Source of the DNA: Sphaerodactylus townsendi
Lineage: Eukaryota
DNA length: 64,000 nt
Assembly (NCBI RefSeq): GCF_021028975.2
Contig: NC_059427.1
Span: 108,810,001 to 108,874,000, forward strand
Direction of reading: 5' to 3'
Shown: positions 38,366 to 51,287 of the stretch, one piece after another
How the letters are laid out: every line of letters starts with the position of its first letter
Position numbering within the stretch: the stretch's first letter is position 1
The notes under the pieces: model-generated
Told to the model about the DNA's origin: nothing
What the model saw: the letters and a program-made list of their open reading frames with translations, nothing else
Databases searched by the model: none
Program-made: the position numbers and the translations under genes

Positions 38366-41300
38366 AACTAGCCCACAGGTTATTATTTATTTATTTATTA
38401 GATTTCTATGTCACCTTCCCCTTTTCGGATTCAGGATGGCTTCCATCAGATAAGTATAACAACAATTCACAAAATTCTACATAAACACGGTTTCCATAAT
38501 TTAAAACTTTAAAACAATGACATATAAAATTCCCAAACAAATGGCAATACCAATTCCCAGTGGTGGGATTCATATAATTTAACAACTGGTTCCACTGGTG
38601 GGATTCAAATAATTTAACAACTGGTTGTTTACAAGCACCATTTTAACAACCGGTTCTGCCGGAGTGGTGCGGACCTGCTGAATCCCACCACTGCCAATTC
38701 CCAATGGAGACGTTAATTGTGGCAGAGGAGGGGGAAAGGGCAAGAGTGAGGCCAAAACATTTTACAGCTCTTGCCTCTGCCTCAAGCTAGAACAACCCCA
38801 TCTTGCAGGCCCTGAGGAATTGCATCAAATCCAGCAGGGCACTGACAGAGCATTGCACCAGGCTTGGACCAGGGCCGGAAATGCCCTGGGTGCGGCTAAT
38901 TGGACCTCTTTCAGGCTATGGATCACCAGTAAGTTACTACTCGCAGATCGAAGTGCTCTTTGGGGGGTGTAATGGGAGAAATAGTCCCTCAGAATCTGTT
39001 GCTACAGTCATCCCTTTGCCAGAAAGCAGAAGTAGAAAGAAACACTTTTCTCAGCCAAGTAATGCTGCTGTTTGCTAATGAATTAATCTGCTTCACTTGG
39101 TAATTGTTCTGAGACAAAACTGATCTCTCCCACACTTCACCCTATTCTTAAATATTCATTAGAAGGAAGGAAAGGATGTACTGTTGCACAACTCGGTTTT
39201 GATGAGATTAAATGGCTTGGGCCTAGTTTGTGCACCAGGCCAGCTTCCTTCCCGGACATTTCTTCCCCCTCCCCCATATCATGCTTTATCTCTCATACGT
39301 CACCTCTGATATCCTCTTTTTTTTGTAGTCTCTCTGTTCTGCTGTCGATAGTCTATAAAGATCCTTCTCTCTCAGGCTGTTTCTCCTTTGGTTGTGCTTT
39401 GAGTCTGCAAACAACTCTTCCTACAGTTTTCAAAGCAAGTGGCTTTGTCCCATCTCCATGGCAGCCGAATGCTGGAGAAAAGGATTGGAGTAAAAAACAA
39501 CGCTAGTTGTCCAAGACACTAAGTCATTTCCTTACAAAATTCCTTTCTTACAGTACCAAATACATTTTACTCCCCCTCTTCAATTGCCTGATCCATAATG
39601 CACATAGGATATATGAAGTTAGAAAGGAAAGAGATTGACTAAAATCAATAAACAAACAGAGTTATTATGAAAACATTTACTTTACTTTTTAATTTCCAAA
39701 GGGCTCAAGCAGCATATATAGTTCCCTACCCACCCCTAATTTTGTTTTTAATGTCTATATTGCTTTATAATTAAACTCTAAAACTGATCATAACACAGTA
39801 ATAAAAAACATCATAAAACAAATAATTTTAAAATCACAATCAGCAGCAAAAAGAAATAAACAGAAAAATCCAGTTTAAATTTTACTCTCCAATGTGAGAT
39901 GTCAAATGCTCAGCATAAAAAAAACTATTGGCTCCACCTGTTCAAGGAGGAGGCAAGTAAGGGGCACAAATGAACATCTCAGGAGACAATGCTCCATTTC
40001 TAGTAGATACTAATTTTGCATCCACTTAAGATAGAATCTTGAGCAGAGCTTCATTTATTTTAAAAAACGGGATTTATATAGAAGAAAGATATATTCATTT
40101 GGCTTTGAGCTTATAGAAGGGAAAGAGAATACTATTATATACATCCTTTGAAGCTACACTCCCTGATTAAGATCATGTGAAACATGTAGGGAATTAGAGA
40201 CAATCAATACATTCCCTCAAGAACCCCCCCCCCCCCCCGCCTTCTCTTCTGATTGTGACCATCAGGAAATTGGCAGCAACATTTTGACCAGGTGAAGTTT
40301 CCAGACAGTTTCAAAGGCAGCCTTTTGTGGAGTATATTACAACCTAATTCAGTCTCTAGAGGATACCAACTCATGAATGACAGTGATGGGATCAGTTGTG
40401 TTTTGATTGGCCTAAACTGGTAAAAGATTATTCCAGTCACAACTGTTATCTGGGGTTGCAGAAGCAAAGCCCATTAAAAGAAGAACCTACAGACTGTGAG
40501 CCATACCTTTTGAGAAGGTTGTAATACCATCTGAAATAGCCATTTCCCCAACTAACTGATTTTCTGCTGTACAGTCCTAAATATATATACCAACTCCCAG
40601 TAATAGGTGTGCTTAACATTACAGTCTAAGCTTGTTAATTTCAAAGGATTTCAGCTGGAGCAACTCCTTTTAGGATTGCTCTTAGGAATCTATTATTGAT
40701 ATAGGTTAGGGTTGGATCCTAAAAGCATAGGTCATAGGAGATATAATGGAAGCTGAATGGATGAGTTGCATAGAGAAGAATAGTCTTTCAGCCCCACCAT
40801 ATGGGATCTTTCCCAGAGGAAGGATTAGAAATACTTTTAAGTAGCATGTCTGTGGTGGTCATGTGGACCCACCTATGAGAGGGTATTACTTTAAAGATCT
40901 GCATGGATATTAAAACTTTTTGCTTTAATTAAAGCAATGTGTTAACCACTAAATAACAGTGCTGCTTTATAACTGAATTCTCTCTTAAAACACTGTTTAC
41001 TGGGCAATGAGGTTTGTTTATTTGTTTATCACAGGCTCAAATTACTGCGGTTTGTTTGTTTATTCCAGGTTCAAATTAAAATCCTGTATTTCCCAACCAA
41101 AAAAAGTGAATATATTAATAATACTTTTATTTACAAATAATATGATAATTCAAGATCTGATTAAACATTATTAAATAGAAACAGAGAATACTGGCAAACT
41201 CCACAGAACTCAATCCTATATAAGTATACATATCATTCCTAGTCTACCTAAATTGACTGTAAGAAACAAGATTACCCAGAGCTTTGCCAAAAAAGGGTTA

Positions 41301-41717
41301 GGCAGATTTAACTGAATTCTAAATCTGAGAAATTTAAAGATGTGTCCAGTGTGTGTGTCCAGTATATATAGATGGTATTGTATAGGCAACACATAGCTAT
41401 ACTAAATGTTCTGATATATGCCTTCTATAGGCAAAAGGCACCTCAAAGCATCTCAAAGAATAATTGTTGCCAACTCTGTCCCACTTGTGGGATTTATTTT
41501 GGTCATAAAACCATTTATTCATGAATTATCCTTTAAGGCTGAAAACTATAAATTAGCTGGAACAGTGAAAAATGCATCTTTTAGATTTATGTAACAACCT
41601 ACAAGCAAAGTCTCTGGCCTACAGTGTCAAAACAATGTCCATAAGGATATCATGGCTGATGGTATTAAAAGCCACTTTAAAAATCCAGGCAGAATTATAC
41701 TCTCCTGCCCCGCTTCT

Positions 41718-42020
41718 GGTGGTGGTGGTGGTGGTGGTGGAGGAGGAGGAGTTTGGATTTATATCCCCCCTTTATCTCCTGTAGGAGACTCAAAGGGGCT
41801 TACAATCTCCTTACCCATCCCCCCTCACAACAAACACCCTGTGAGGTGGGTGGGGCTGAGAGAACTCCGAAAAGCTGTGACTAGCCCAAAGTCACCCAGC
41901 TGGCATGTGCGGGAGTGCACAGATAAACCTCCACAGCTCAGGCGGCAGAGCAGGGAATCAAACCCCCGTTCCTCCAGATTAGAATGCACCTGCTCTAAAC
42001 CACTACGCCACTGCTGCTCC
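41718..42020 (-). mobile_element. Full-length tRNA-derived SINE with (GGT/GGA)n tail
   Basis: A box TGGCGTAGTGG and B box GGTTTGATTCC on minus. Confidence 0.85.
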
Positions 42021-42983
42021 TTAAACATATTGTGTGCGGCTAGGAGCTCCTAGTTGCCCATTTTCAATATGCAGAGTTTTTTCTTCTTTAGATCAGTTTT
42101 GGGGTTGTGTCCTGACCTTTTGGAGGTCTAGCCAAACCATTCATATGTGGCAGCTTTTTAGGCCAACCATTACATTATTTAACAGTTAATTTTTAAAAAA
42201 TCTTTGTACTTGTTCCATTCTTTTACATTGTTTCAATAAACTAGCTAAAAGCTAAACAGCTCAGTGTCAGTCATCCCATAACAACTTGTCTGGACACATA
42301 CTAATGAACATGACTGGTTGTGGCCCAAAAAAGTACATGTTATGGAAAGCACTTCCACATTTTCTAACCTATTTATTTAATTTATTAGATGGTGGTAGCT
42401 GAAGACTGAACCTCAACTATGCATGGACTGTCTTCACTGAGGTTTGAATAGCTGTGCTACACATGGAAATCTTTGCTTTTTGCAATACTCGTATCCCACC
42501 TCAAACAATTTAGTTTTTATTACAGAATTTTTCTTTTAATTTTTCATATAGTGCCCACCACTAGGTGGCAATAGGATGCAATAAATTAGGTATCCAAATA
42601 GACCTTGGCATGAAATAGTAGGATTCTATCAGCTACATAATCATCATGCCTTTCACCCAAGGAAGTAATATAAGAGGATTCTCCTCTCCCCATTTTATCC
42701 AGAGACATAGGGACCATCCCAAGCTTACTTAGGTAGCTTCATGGCAGAATGGGGATTTTAACTTAGCTTTTCCAGTCTGATATTCTAAATCCTACACCAT
42801 GTGAACTCTCCATTATGTTTGAGGAGAACACAAGAAGAACCCATTTTGGCTGCCCACTTCTCTCAGCCAAAGACATAAATCCCTATCCACCCAGTACTGG
42901 AAGCACCACCCACAGGGACAAAAGATCCAGTCAATTCCGTGTATTTCCCTTTTCCTACCTGTAGATCAATGTCTGATCCTTTT

Positions 42984-43155
42984 GTATTGTCAAAGGCTTT
43001 CACAGCCAGAATCAACTACATGTAGTGGGTTTTTCGAGCTGTAAGAGAAACTCATCTTACCATGGCATGTCTCTGAAGATGTCAGCCATAGGTGCAGGAG
43101 AAACATTAGGAACAAAAACTACCAGACAACTGCCACATAGCCAGAAAAAAAAGTA
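42984..43155. mobile_element. Older Penelope-like insert with degenerate hammerhead
   Basis: TSD TGATCCTTTT; ctctgaagatgtcagcc...gagaaacattagg. Confidence 0.7.
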
Positions 43156-43577
43156 TGATCCTTTTATTCCTTTGCCAATGGCAAGGGGCATGGATGCCCA
43201 CACAATAGATACTTACTACCATCATGCAACACTGTTGTGCAATGCCTTAATTTCATATTGGAGAGCTTCAAGAACTGCCACCAGCCTCTTATTGGACATA
43301 GGCATTCCTTTGTATTTGGAAATTGCAATAAATTGTGTCCTTTTCACAAACCTTTTAAATAAAATAGTTTCTATCCTTCTCTCTTCACCAAAGGCACTCA
43401 TGAAAACAAATTGCCCATAACTATTTAAGAGCATGGGTTACAGCATCAGTCGTTTCATCTGCTAGCCCAAGGTTCAAGACTCTGGCAGGCGTTTTCTCTC
43501 TTCCCAAGCAGGCGCATGCACAAGCCTTGTCACTTTTTTCTCATGGTGGGGCCATGGCTTAGTGACAGCATGTATGG

Positions 43578-43725
43578 CCATGGTGGTGAACCTATGGCAC
43601 CCCAGCTGTTAATGGACTACAATTCCCATCAGCCCCTGCCATCATAGCCAACTGGCCATGCTGGCAAGCGCTGATGGGAATTGTAGTTCATGAACAGCTG
43701 GAGTGCCATAGGTTCGCCACCACTG
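43578..43725. mobile_element. Fully palindromic hAT MITE
   Basis: 8-bp TSD ATGTATGG; arms ggactacaattcccatcagc / gctgatgggaattgtagt. Confidence 0.85.
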
Positions 43726-43955
43726 ATGTATGGTTTGCATTCAGACGTTCTCCAGTTCAGACCCTGGCATTTCCAATGAAAGGATTTCAGGTCACCAGTG
43801 CTGGGAAAGATCTCAGGCTGAGAGCCTGGAGAGCCACTATCAGTTAGATTGAAAAGCACTGAATTACTTGTAACAACAGTCTGGTCAGACATCATCATGT
43901 ATTCACGTGTGTGTTTCTGTGTCTGGTCACATAAACAGATATTAATGGTGATATG

Positions 43956-44137
43956 CAGAGGCAGAGCGAGGGGGAACTGCCCCCCGGGCACACTTGTGCC
44001 CTGCGCCCCTGCTGCAGCACCGTCTGCCCCCACCCAGGAATGCCACACCACGCCCCCTCCGTGGCCCAGCCACACCCCGTTCACTGCTCTGCCTGGGGCT
44101 TTGCGCCCCATCCGGCCCCGTTGGCACTACACCACTG
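43956..44137. mobile_element. GC-rich hAT (Tip100-like) MITE
   Basis: CAG...CTG ends; TSD GTGATATG/GTGACATG. Confidence 0.65.
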
Positions 44138-44406
44138 GTGACATGCTTTCAATAATGCTCATGCATATTAGGACTATATCACATAATCTCATCACAGAGA
44201 AAGCTCTCCTAATGTTTTGGCATTGGAAATAGTCCAAAAGTTACTGTTTCAGTTCTTTCCCCTCTGTGACTCATATGGCAGGCTTTCTTTCCTAACCACA
44301 TCTTCTTGATCCCAGTTAGCTGCTCCGAAAACCAGAACATGAGGGGGTAAGGCATATTGAGCAGTAATGAAGCATTTGCTGGCTGCCCGAATTAATGTGG
44401 GACTCA

Positions 44407-45355
44407 CACTGGCGTAATGCCCATTGGGCAAGGTGGGCAGCTGCCCAGGGCATCACCTTGTGGGGGCATCAAAATGCTGGGTTTGTTTTTGGGTATTTTA
44501 GTGGTTTTCCATTTTTGGCCTGCAGGGGGAGCAGTTTTGGGGCTAGCTGCACCAAAATTTCAGCGTATCATCAGGAGACTGTCCTTATGCTATCCCCCAA
44601 GTTTGGTGAGGTTTGGTTCAGGGAGTCCAAAGTTATGGACTCCCAAAGGGGGGGGCCCTATCCCCCATTGTTTCCAATGGGAGCTAATAGGAGATGGGGG
44701 CTACAGTTTTGAGGGTACATAACTTTGGCCCCCCTGAACTGCACCAAACTTGGGGGTATCATTAGGGCAGTCTCATGATGAGACCCTGAAAGTTTTGAGA
44801 CTGTGCCTTCAGAAATGTCCCCCCCCCCCCCACAGCCTGCAACCCCCATTGACAGCAATGCAGAAAACTCAATGCAGAACAAAGATTCTTGGGCAAATTT
44901 CTAGGATGTTCCTGCAGGGGGTGCATTTTTTGGATATGCTCGGCACCAAGAATTTCAGGAGTATCATCTGGAGATGATAGCACCCCAAAGATTTGGTGCG
45001 AAGTTTGGTTCCAGGGGCCAAAAGTTATGGGCCCTCAAAACTGTAGCCCCCATCTCCTATTAGCTCCCATTGGAAACAATGGGGGATGGGGCACCCCCTT
45101 TGGGAGTCCATAACTTTGGACTCCTTGAACCACATTTCACCAAACTTGGGGAGTAGCATAAGGACAGTCTCCTGATGATATGCTGAAATTTTTGTGCTGA
45201 TATGTCTAAAAATGCACCCTCTGCAGGCACCAATGTCCTGGTGCAAAAAAAAAATTGGTCATGGTGGAGTGGCTGCCCATTGGGGGGGGGGGGGCATCCA
45301 ACTCAGGTTTTGCCCAGGGCTACAGTTTGCCCAGGGCTGCCTCGTTACGCCCCTG
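44407..45355. mobile_element. ~950-bp non-autonomous hAT element with long internal inverted repeats; related fragment at ~61000-61365
   Basis: 8-bp TSD GGGACTCA; TIR CA(C/G)(T/G)GGCGTAA; arms ~44520-44730 and ~45020-45230. Confidence 0.85.
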
Positions 45356-46156
45356 GGGACTCATGTTGCTTCTTTTAGACTTAAAGCTTAGTTGTAGAGT
45401 TCCAGATAATGCTGGCAAAATGAGCACAGCCAGGCACCTCTTACAATTTTTTAAAAAAACTTTACCTATGGAAGTTACACAAAATGCATACAACAAATGT
45501 CTGCAGTAACAGGATTGTGAGGCATGGGGGGCAGGCAGGGGGCACAACATCTCAAGCTGATTTCCATCAGTCTGAGCTAGAAATAGAGGTAGATATTTCA
45601 TGGCTAGGGGTGAAGATGGGGGTCAACAGTTCAGCACTTGTCTCCAAATGTGGAGAGCAATGAGATTATATGGAAGGAAAGAACTGAGGAAATGAATGTT
45701 GAGGAAGCACATAGTAATAGAGACTGTAGGTGTATTCCCCTAGTTGGTGGGGATGAAAAGGAAAGGCCATAGAGTTTAGCACTTACAATGAAGCAGGTCT
45801 GCCATGTCACCCTGATTATAATATGCCACAAAGAGGAATTGAGGAATGACCCACATACATCATGCTAGCAGTGCTTATAAGCCTCCAGCATAGGATGATT
45901 TTATGCCTCAGTTCTCCAGTACCGGGAGGAACCCAACTCTTCTTATAGAAGTTAAAATCACCAGGGAATGCAGCTAGGCTACCCCCCGCCCTTCAAGGCT
46001 TATCTGATTACCCCATCTGTAGATAGATAATAAGCACCCAAAAATCACTTCTTAAACGCAAAAGGTGACATGCGAAAGCCAGAGCATCAGTTAGTTGGAC
46101 AGAAGAGAGAAACAGGTTCACAAAGTCTCAGGCTGTTTTACAAATACACTCACACA

Positions 46157-46234
46157 TTTATTATTTAAAAAATCTAGTGAAGGTTTGGTCTGGCACAACC
46201 ATTTCTTTCTCATGAGTAATTCCTGCTATTTATT
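46157..46234 (-). terminator. Candidate LRRC8E polyA signals (AATAAA at 46229-46234 and 46157-46162)
   Basis: Two minus-strand AATAAA 285-360 nt after the stop; GT-rich sequence follows the distal one. Confidence 0.55.
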
Positions 46235-46518
46235 AGTTCTTAAAAATTATTTTTCAAACGAGTCAATTTGTCTTTTGTTATGTCTCTGCTGCACTAATTG
46301 TTGATATTTCCTTACAAAGATGGAAGTGATCCGTTCCTTTCCTCTTACCAGCCTAATACTGAAGTCTGCTTGCCTTGCTTTGCCGGATCTGCCCCACAGA
46401 TAGCATGGGAGAGGAGAGCAAGAGAGGAAAAAAATCCAAACAGTATGGAGAGTGCAGCAAAATTCCTATTCACTCCATATCTGTGTGGCGAAACCCACCA
46501 ATTCTTTCACTCTTCCCA

Positions 46519-48771
46519 TCATTCCTCCTCCAACTTCTCTCTGATTTCTAAAGGCAATGACTCGTAGACTGTGCTTTCTATCTCCAGACCAGAACGTTTG
46601 AGGGCACGGCACATGCCAATTTCCCGGGGCAGGAATTCAAGTTGGTTCCCTTTCAGCTCTAGTGTGGTCAGCAAAACCAGACTGCCCACACGTTGAGAGA
46701 GGCGGTGCAGTTTGTTGTATCCTGCTTTGAGAGTCTTGAGTTTCTTGCAGAAAAAGAGTTCATCAGGCAGTGCCTCCAAGGAATTGTGAGAAATGGCAAA
46801 ATGCTGAAGGTTATATAGGGCTCCCATCCCAGGAGGGATGACCCGGATGTTATTGTTGGAAAGATCCAGATAACGCAGTTTATTGCACTGGAATAGTTGG
46901 TTAGGGAGGTTCTCAATGTTGTTATGGCTGAGGTCAAGGCGCTCTAAAGTCTTGAGTTTGCGAATATGATCAGGGATGGTGGTGATGTGGTTGCACCAAA
47001 GTTTGAGAGATGTTAGCTTGCGGCAGTGCTGGAAACTGATGATCTCCTCAATGGAATGTAGTTGGTTGTCTTTAAGATCCAACTCCTGCAGATTCACTAG
47101 GCTGAAGACGGCATGGGGGATGCGTTCCAGATTGCAGTTGATCAGCTGTACTTCTTGCACAGAGAAGAGCTTCTTCAGATTATTGAGAGTCACTAGTTTA
47201 GTCCCATCATTACGGATTATTAGCTTCTGCAGATGACTGGCAACATCAGTCACACTGGGGGGCAATTTTGAAATGTTGCTATGCAGCATTAGAGTCTTCA
47301 GGTTCTTTAGCTCACGCAGGTTTTCCAGAGTTCCTGTCCGGCCTAGCTCCTGGCTGAAAAGCCCTGAGATGTGTAACTCTTCCAGACTTCTCAAGTTGTA
47401 AGTCCACAGTGGTATATCTTTGATCTCATCAAACTTTACATTCATAACCTTCAACTGTTCACGGAGGAATATAAGACCAGTAAAAGGCAGTTTCACAGGA
47501 CAGTTGATCAGTGAAAGCTCTTGAAGATTGACCAACTGAGTTACTGATGTTGGGAATGTAACATCTTTGAGGAGCTCCAGTTTCAGAGACTCCACCTCTG
47601 TCAGTTCAAAGACAGTGTCAGGTAACCCAGGTAGCATGAAGAGGTGAAGTTCCAACCGGCCATGAGGATTCTTCTGCAACTTCTGCCGTAGTTTCTCTAC
47701 CATCCACTCATGGTTGAGGTTGAGCTGTGTGAGCTTGCATTCGCTGACTTCTGAGAGGAAAACAGCAAACCGCTTGGAGTAAAGGGAATCATACTGGTCT
47801 ATAAGATGGAGCATGAAAGCAAAGTCATTCTTGACATCAGGAATGTCACTGATGCCAGTCTCCTCACGTGCATACTTGAAGGAATACTCTTTAAGTGGCC
47901 GATGGAACAGCCAGTAAAGAGTATAGAGACAGGTCATGCCATATAATCCAAGAAAGCAGATGTAGCAGATGGCTAGCTTAGAGAACAGATGTGCTTTGGT
48001 GTGATTACAGCAGAAATGGTCATAGCCTGTCATGTCTTCCATCTTGATACTGCATGGCACTATAAAGCTAATATTGTGAACTAGTGCAGCATTGTAGGCA
48101 GTGATGATTAAGAACTTGCAGACTTTGAGAATGGTTTGGCGAATGTACATGGTATAAAGGATGTCTCCCTTTTCCACATGGAGCCGGAACTTCTTCACTT
48201 TTTCAAAGAGAGCCTTGGCCTGTTCCCCTTCCTTTTTATCCAGGAGGCTAATGGGAGTGGAGGACTCTGCAACCTTCTTATCTATAATGGATCCCGATAC
48301 GGGGTTAAACTCAACAGATTCACTGGGAGCACTACTTTTCCTTCTCCGATCCCTCTTTGCTGGGCTTGCACTGTCCTGGTTTTCCACAGAGACTTCTGAG
48401 ATGGCCCTAGTAGTCCAAGGTGAATCAAAGCACTTGCTCAGGATGGAGATGAAGTGTTCAATCTTGGAACTGGTACCAGGAAATTTGAACCAAAAAGAAG
48501 CACACACCATAAAGATGAGGGTGTGGATGACGACCAGGTAGGGAAAGTATTTGGCATACCAATGGAGGGCTGTCTCATAGCACATCTGATTGATGTAGTT
48601 ATATTGTTGTAGGTCCAGGTTGTTTTGTAATCCACTCATTTCCTTATAGGTGGGGGACTCAGTTGTCTCGGAAGCGTTTATTATCTTGGTGAAATCTTCA
48701 CAAGTGGCATCAGCAAAGGGTGTACCACTAGGGACATGGTTTGGAAGACAAATAATCTTGTCTTGTGTTAC
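46519..48771 (-). CDS. LRRC8E: LRRC8E large coding exon ([10 protein letters not shown] ... [10 protein letters not shown]), VRAC subunit with full LRR domain
   Basis: gacag|GTA acceptor; 2253 nt open. With the upstream exon it gives 796 aa. C-terminal EEE and position next to MAP2K7 identify E rather than C. Confidence 0.95.
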   Translation of the reverse strand, partial: VTQDKIICLPNHVPSGTPFADATCEDFTKIINASETTESPTYKEMSGLQNNLDLQQYNYINQMCYETALHWYAKYFPYLVVIHTLIFMVCASFWFKFPGTSSKIEHFISILSKCFDSPWTTRAISEVSVENQDSASPAKRDRRRKSSAPSESVEFNPVSGSIIDKKVAESSTPISLLDKKEGEQAKALFEKVKKFRLHVEKGDILYTMYIRQTILKVCKFLIITAYNAALVHNISFIVPCSIKMEDMTGYDHFCCNHTKAHLFSKLAICYICFLGLYGMTCLYTLYWLFHRPLKEYSFKYAREETGISDIPDVKNDFAFMLHLIDQYDSLYSKRFAVFLSEVSECKLTQLNLNHEWMVEKLRQKLQKNPHGRLELHLFMLPGLPDTVFELTEVESLKLELLKDVTFPTSVTQLVNLQELSLINCPVKLPFTGLIFLREQLKVMNVKFDEIKDIPLWTYNLRSLEELHISGLFSQELGRTGTLENLRELKNLKTLMLHSNISKLPPSVTDVASHLQKLIIRNDGTKLVTLNNLKKLFSVQEVQLINCNLERIPHAVFSLVNLQELDLKDNQLHSIEEIISFQHCRKLTSLKLWCNHITTIPDHIRKLKTLERLDLSHNNIENLPNQLFQCNKLRYLDLSNNNIRVIPPGMGALYNLQHFAISHNSLEALPDELFFCKKLKTLKAGYNKLHRLSQRVGSLVLLTTLELKGNQLEFLPREIGMCRALKRSGLEIESTVYESLPLEIREKLEEE

Positions 48772-51149
48772 CTGTCATATGTGGGAGAAGAGAAGAGAGA
48801 GAGCATGATACATCCCAGAATACAAGACAGCAAAGTAATTTACATAAGTCTGACTTCCAGTTTGCTTTAAACTAACTACACCTGAGCAGAATGTGGTGGG
48901 GATGACACAGAAGCCAGGCTGGCCCTAGACCAAATGGTGCCTTCGGCAAGGAATGTTTTTAAAGTCCTCCTTCCTTTTGATCGCATTCTAAATAGCTTGT
49001 TTTTATTGCATTAGAAGCCCACTTTGTGACTCTAATATGTGATTTGAGTACATGATTTTTCCCTGTCATATAAGTAAACAGATTTGCACCTTAGCATCTA
49101 TAAATCTGTACTAATTCATGCCACGATACAAGTACAAATAGTGCCACGATACAAACAAGTAGTGGACCTGCATGGACTTGTGGGGCATCTAACTTTCCTT
49201 TCCACCTTTTCCTGCTTTCTTCTCTCCTTCCCACCTACCATCAACCTATTTTATGTGCCCTATCTTCAGTATTCCCTCATCTCTTTGTCAACAGCTTGTA
49301 CTCAGGAAAACTGTGGCTAAGTTGCATGGTGGCAGCTGCCAGGCAGGCCCAGTTATAGAGTAGGGAAGCTGCAAGGACTTGCTGGGAGAATCTCACTGTA
49401 TCCCCCTCCAGACACTATTTCTTTCTATCTGGCAGTCACCATGCCCTTCCTTTTCCCTGCTTCCTTCTCACTGTTCTAACCATAAACCATCCTACCTTTT
49501 ATCTGCTCCCAATCTCCAAAAATATTATTACATGATTCATATTACACCTTCATCTACAATGGGGACCCAAAGCATTTTATATAATTCTTTCCTCAATTTT
49601 ATCCTCACAACAATTCTATGAAGTAGGTTTGGTTGGAAATGTGTGAGCTTTCACAACAGAGTGATTATTCAAACCTGATTCTTTCAGTTCCCAGTGTTAA
49701 ATTTTGACCACTGCAGCACACTGGCTTTTGTAAGGTAGCTACTGTTGAACTGTAGCAAGCAGCTGGACCTAGGTGAGTCATGCTAGTTGTATAGTATCAA
49801 GTTGTCTGGTGGTTGATGGCAGGCTTGGCTCCAGCAAGTTTTTGACTGAAAGGCCACAAAAGCCCTGGAATGGCCCCCGCCCCATCCGTCCATATTTTAC
49901 TGACAGAAACCAGTGCTTGAAGGCTGGCAATATTGTGTGGTTGTCTAGCAACAACCACTGAGGATACTCTTTTCTTAAAACTACAGGTTTTCTTAAAACT
50001 ACTGCTTCATTTCCTTTCTTAAAACTACTGCTTCTATTATTTTGGAAATGATTAATTCACTGTTGTTGTTATAGTGTTTTGGTTTTTTTAGGAATTCAGT
50101 TTGTTTTTCAAACTTGGGGCTTTCTTCAGGTTTGTAGAAAGATCTAACTTGTCTGTTCATGGATCCAATCTGTGGAAATATATAGAGTTTTCTTTAACTT
50201 AAAGAATAAGTTTAGTTGTAAAGAATAACTGAAATGTACTAACATTGGAGATTTGTTCAGGGTGCCAGCCCTGGTTGAACTAATATTATCCCCAACTATA
50301 ATAAACACTGTAATGAACTGTTTGTAGTATTTGTTTCAGCTTTCAGTAGATAACGGAGTAGGACGCTTCCCCTAATGCTGGCACTTCAGATAATGGAGTT
50401 GTGGCTCCTACAGTGGCTGTTCTGCAGTGTTGTTCTAATCTATTTTCTATTACTCATTTACAGATGGGAGGAAAGTCTTGTTGCTAAGAGACAAGTGACC
50501 GGCCAGGTTCTTCCACGTGGGAGACCAAACTCTCTCCAGCTAAACCTGAGAGACCCAGTAACTATGTTGTGGTAAGGAATCCCATCTCCCCCACCTTGAC
50601 TGAGAAGAATTTCCCTCAGCTGGTCATCCCTGCAAAGAGCCAACAGTATGCATGTTATTAAATAGCTCCAGCAAAGTACACGGTGTTTTTCAGAGTACAA
50701 GTCCCTGCCTCCAGGATCTTACAGTTCAGAATTTAACATAAGGGGACAACAAAGGAAACGAAGGGGATAGTTGTTCTCCCACTGGAAGAATATGCATTAA
50801 TTCCCCCTACACTTACGTGAGCTTCATTTCAATGAAGTTTTGTGGAAGAGGTGGATTTTGAGGAGGGATCTGAAGGAACTGAGAGGGGTGGCATCATGCA
50901 GATATTCTGAAATATACATCCAGGCTTAAGGAACAGCAAGGAAGAAAGGGCAGCACTGTTTTAGGGAGCAGGTGGCCTTTGGATGGCTGGGGATGGTGGA
51001 GGAGTAAAAGTTATGTGCATGGTTTTCCCCACACTTGCCCAGCATGTCCCCAACTTTGGCTACCAATAAAAATTAGTGCAGTATAACTCCAGAGTGTCAT
51101 TAACAATGCAGTCCTCTTGAGGTCTTGTGTAGTGTTCTCCCATACTCAC

Positions 51150-51287
51150 TTGCAGAGTACAGCCAAAAACACCTATCATCAGCATGGCAATTGTGATGTA
51201 TTCAGCCAGAACATCCCACCAGGGCTTGAGAACTTTGAAAGCAGGCTGCTGGTCTGTGAATTGCTTGAATTCAGCTACCGGGATCAT
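51150..51287 (-). CDS. LRRC8E: LRRC8E first coding exon ([46 protein letters not shown])
   Basis: 138 nt, phase-0 |gtgagt donor; cag acceptor 5 nt upstream of the ATG. Confidence 0.96.

Noticed and set aside
35605-51150. Chimeric protein from the LRRC8E first coding exon spliced to the LRRC8D-like acceptor
   Set aside because: A phase-0 donor onto CT-ATG puts the downstream ORF out of frame
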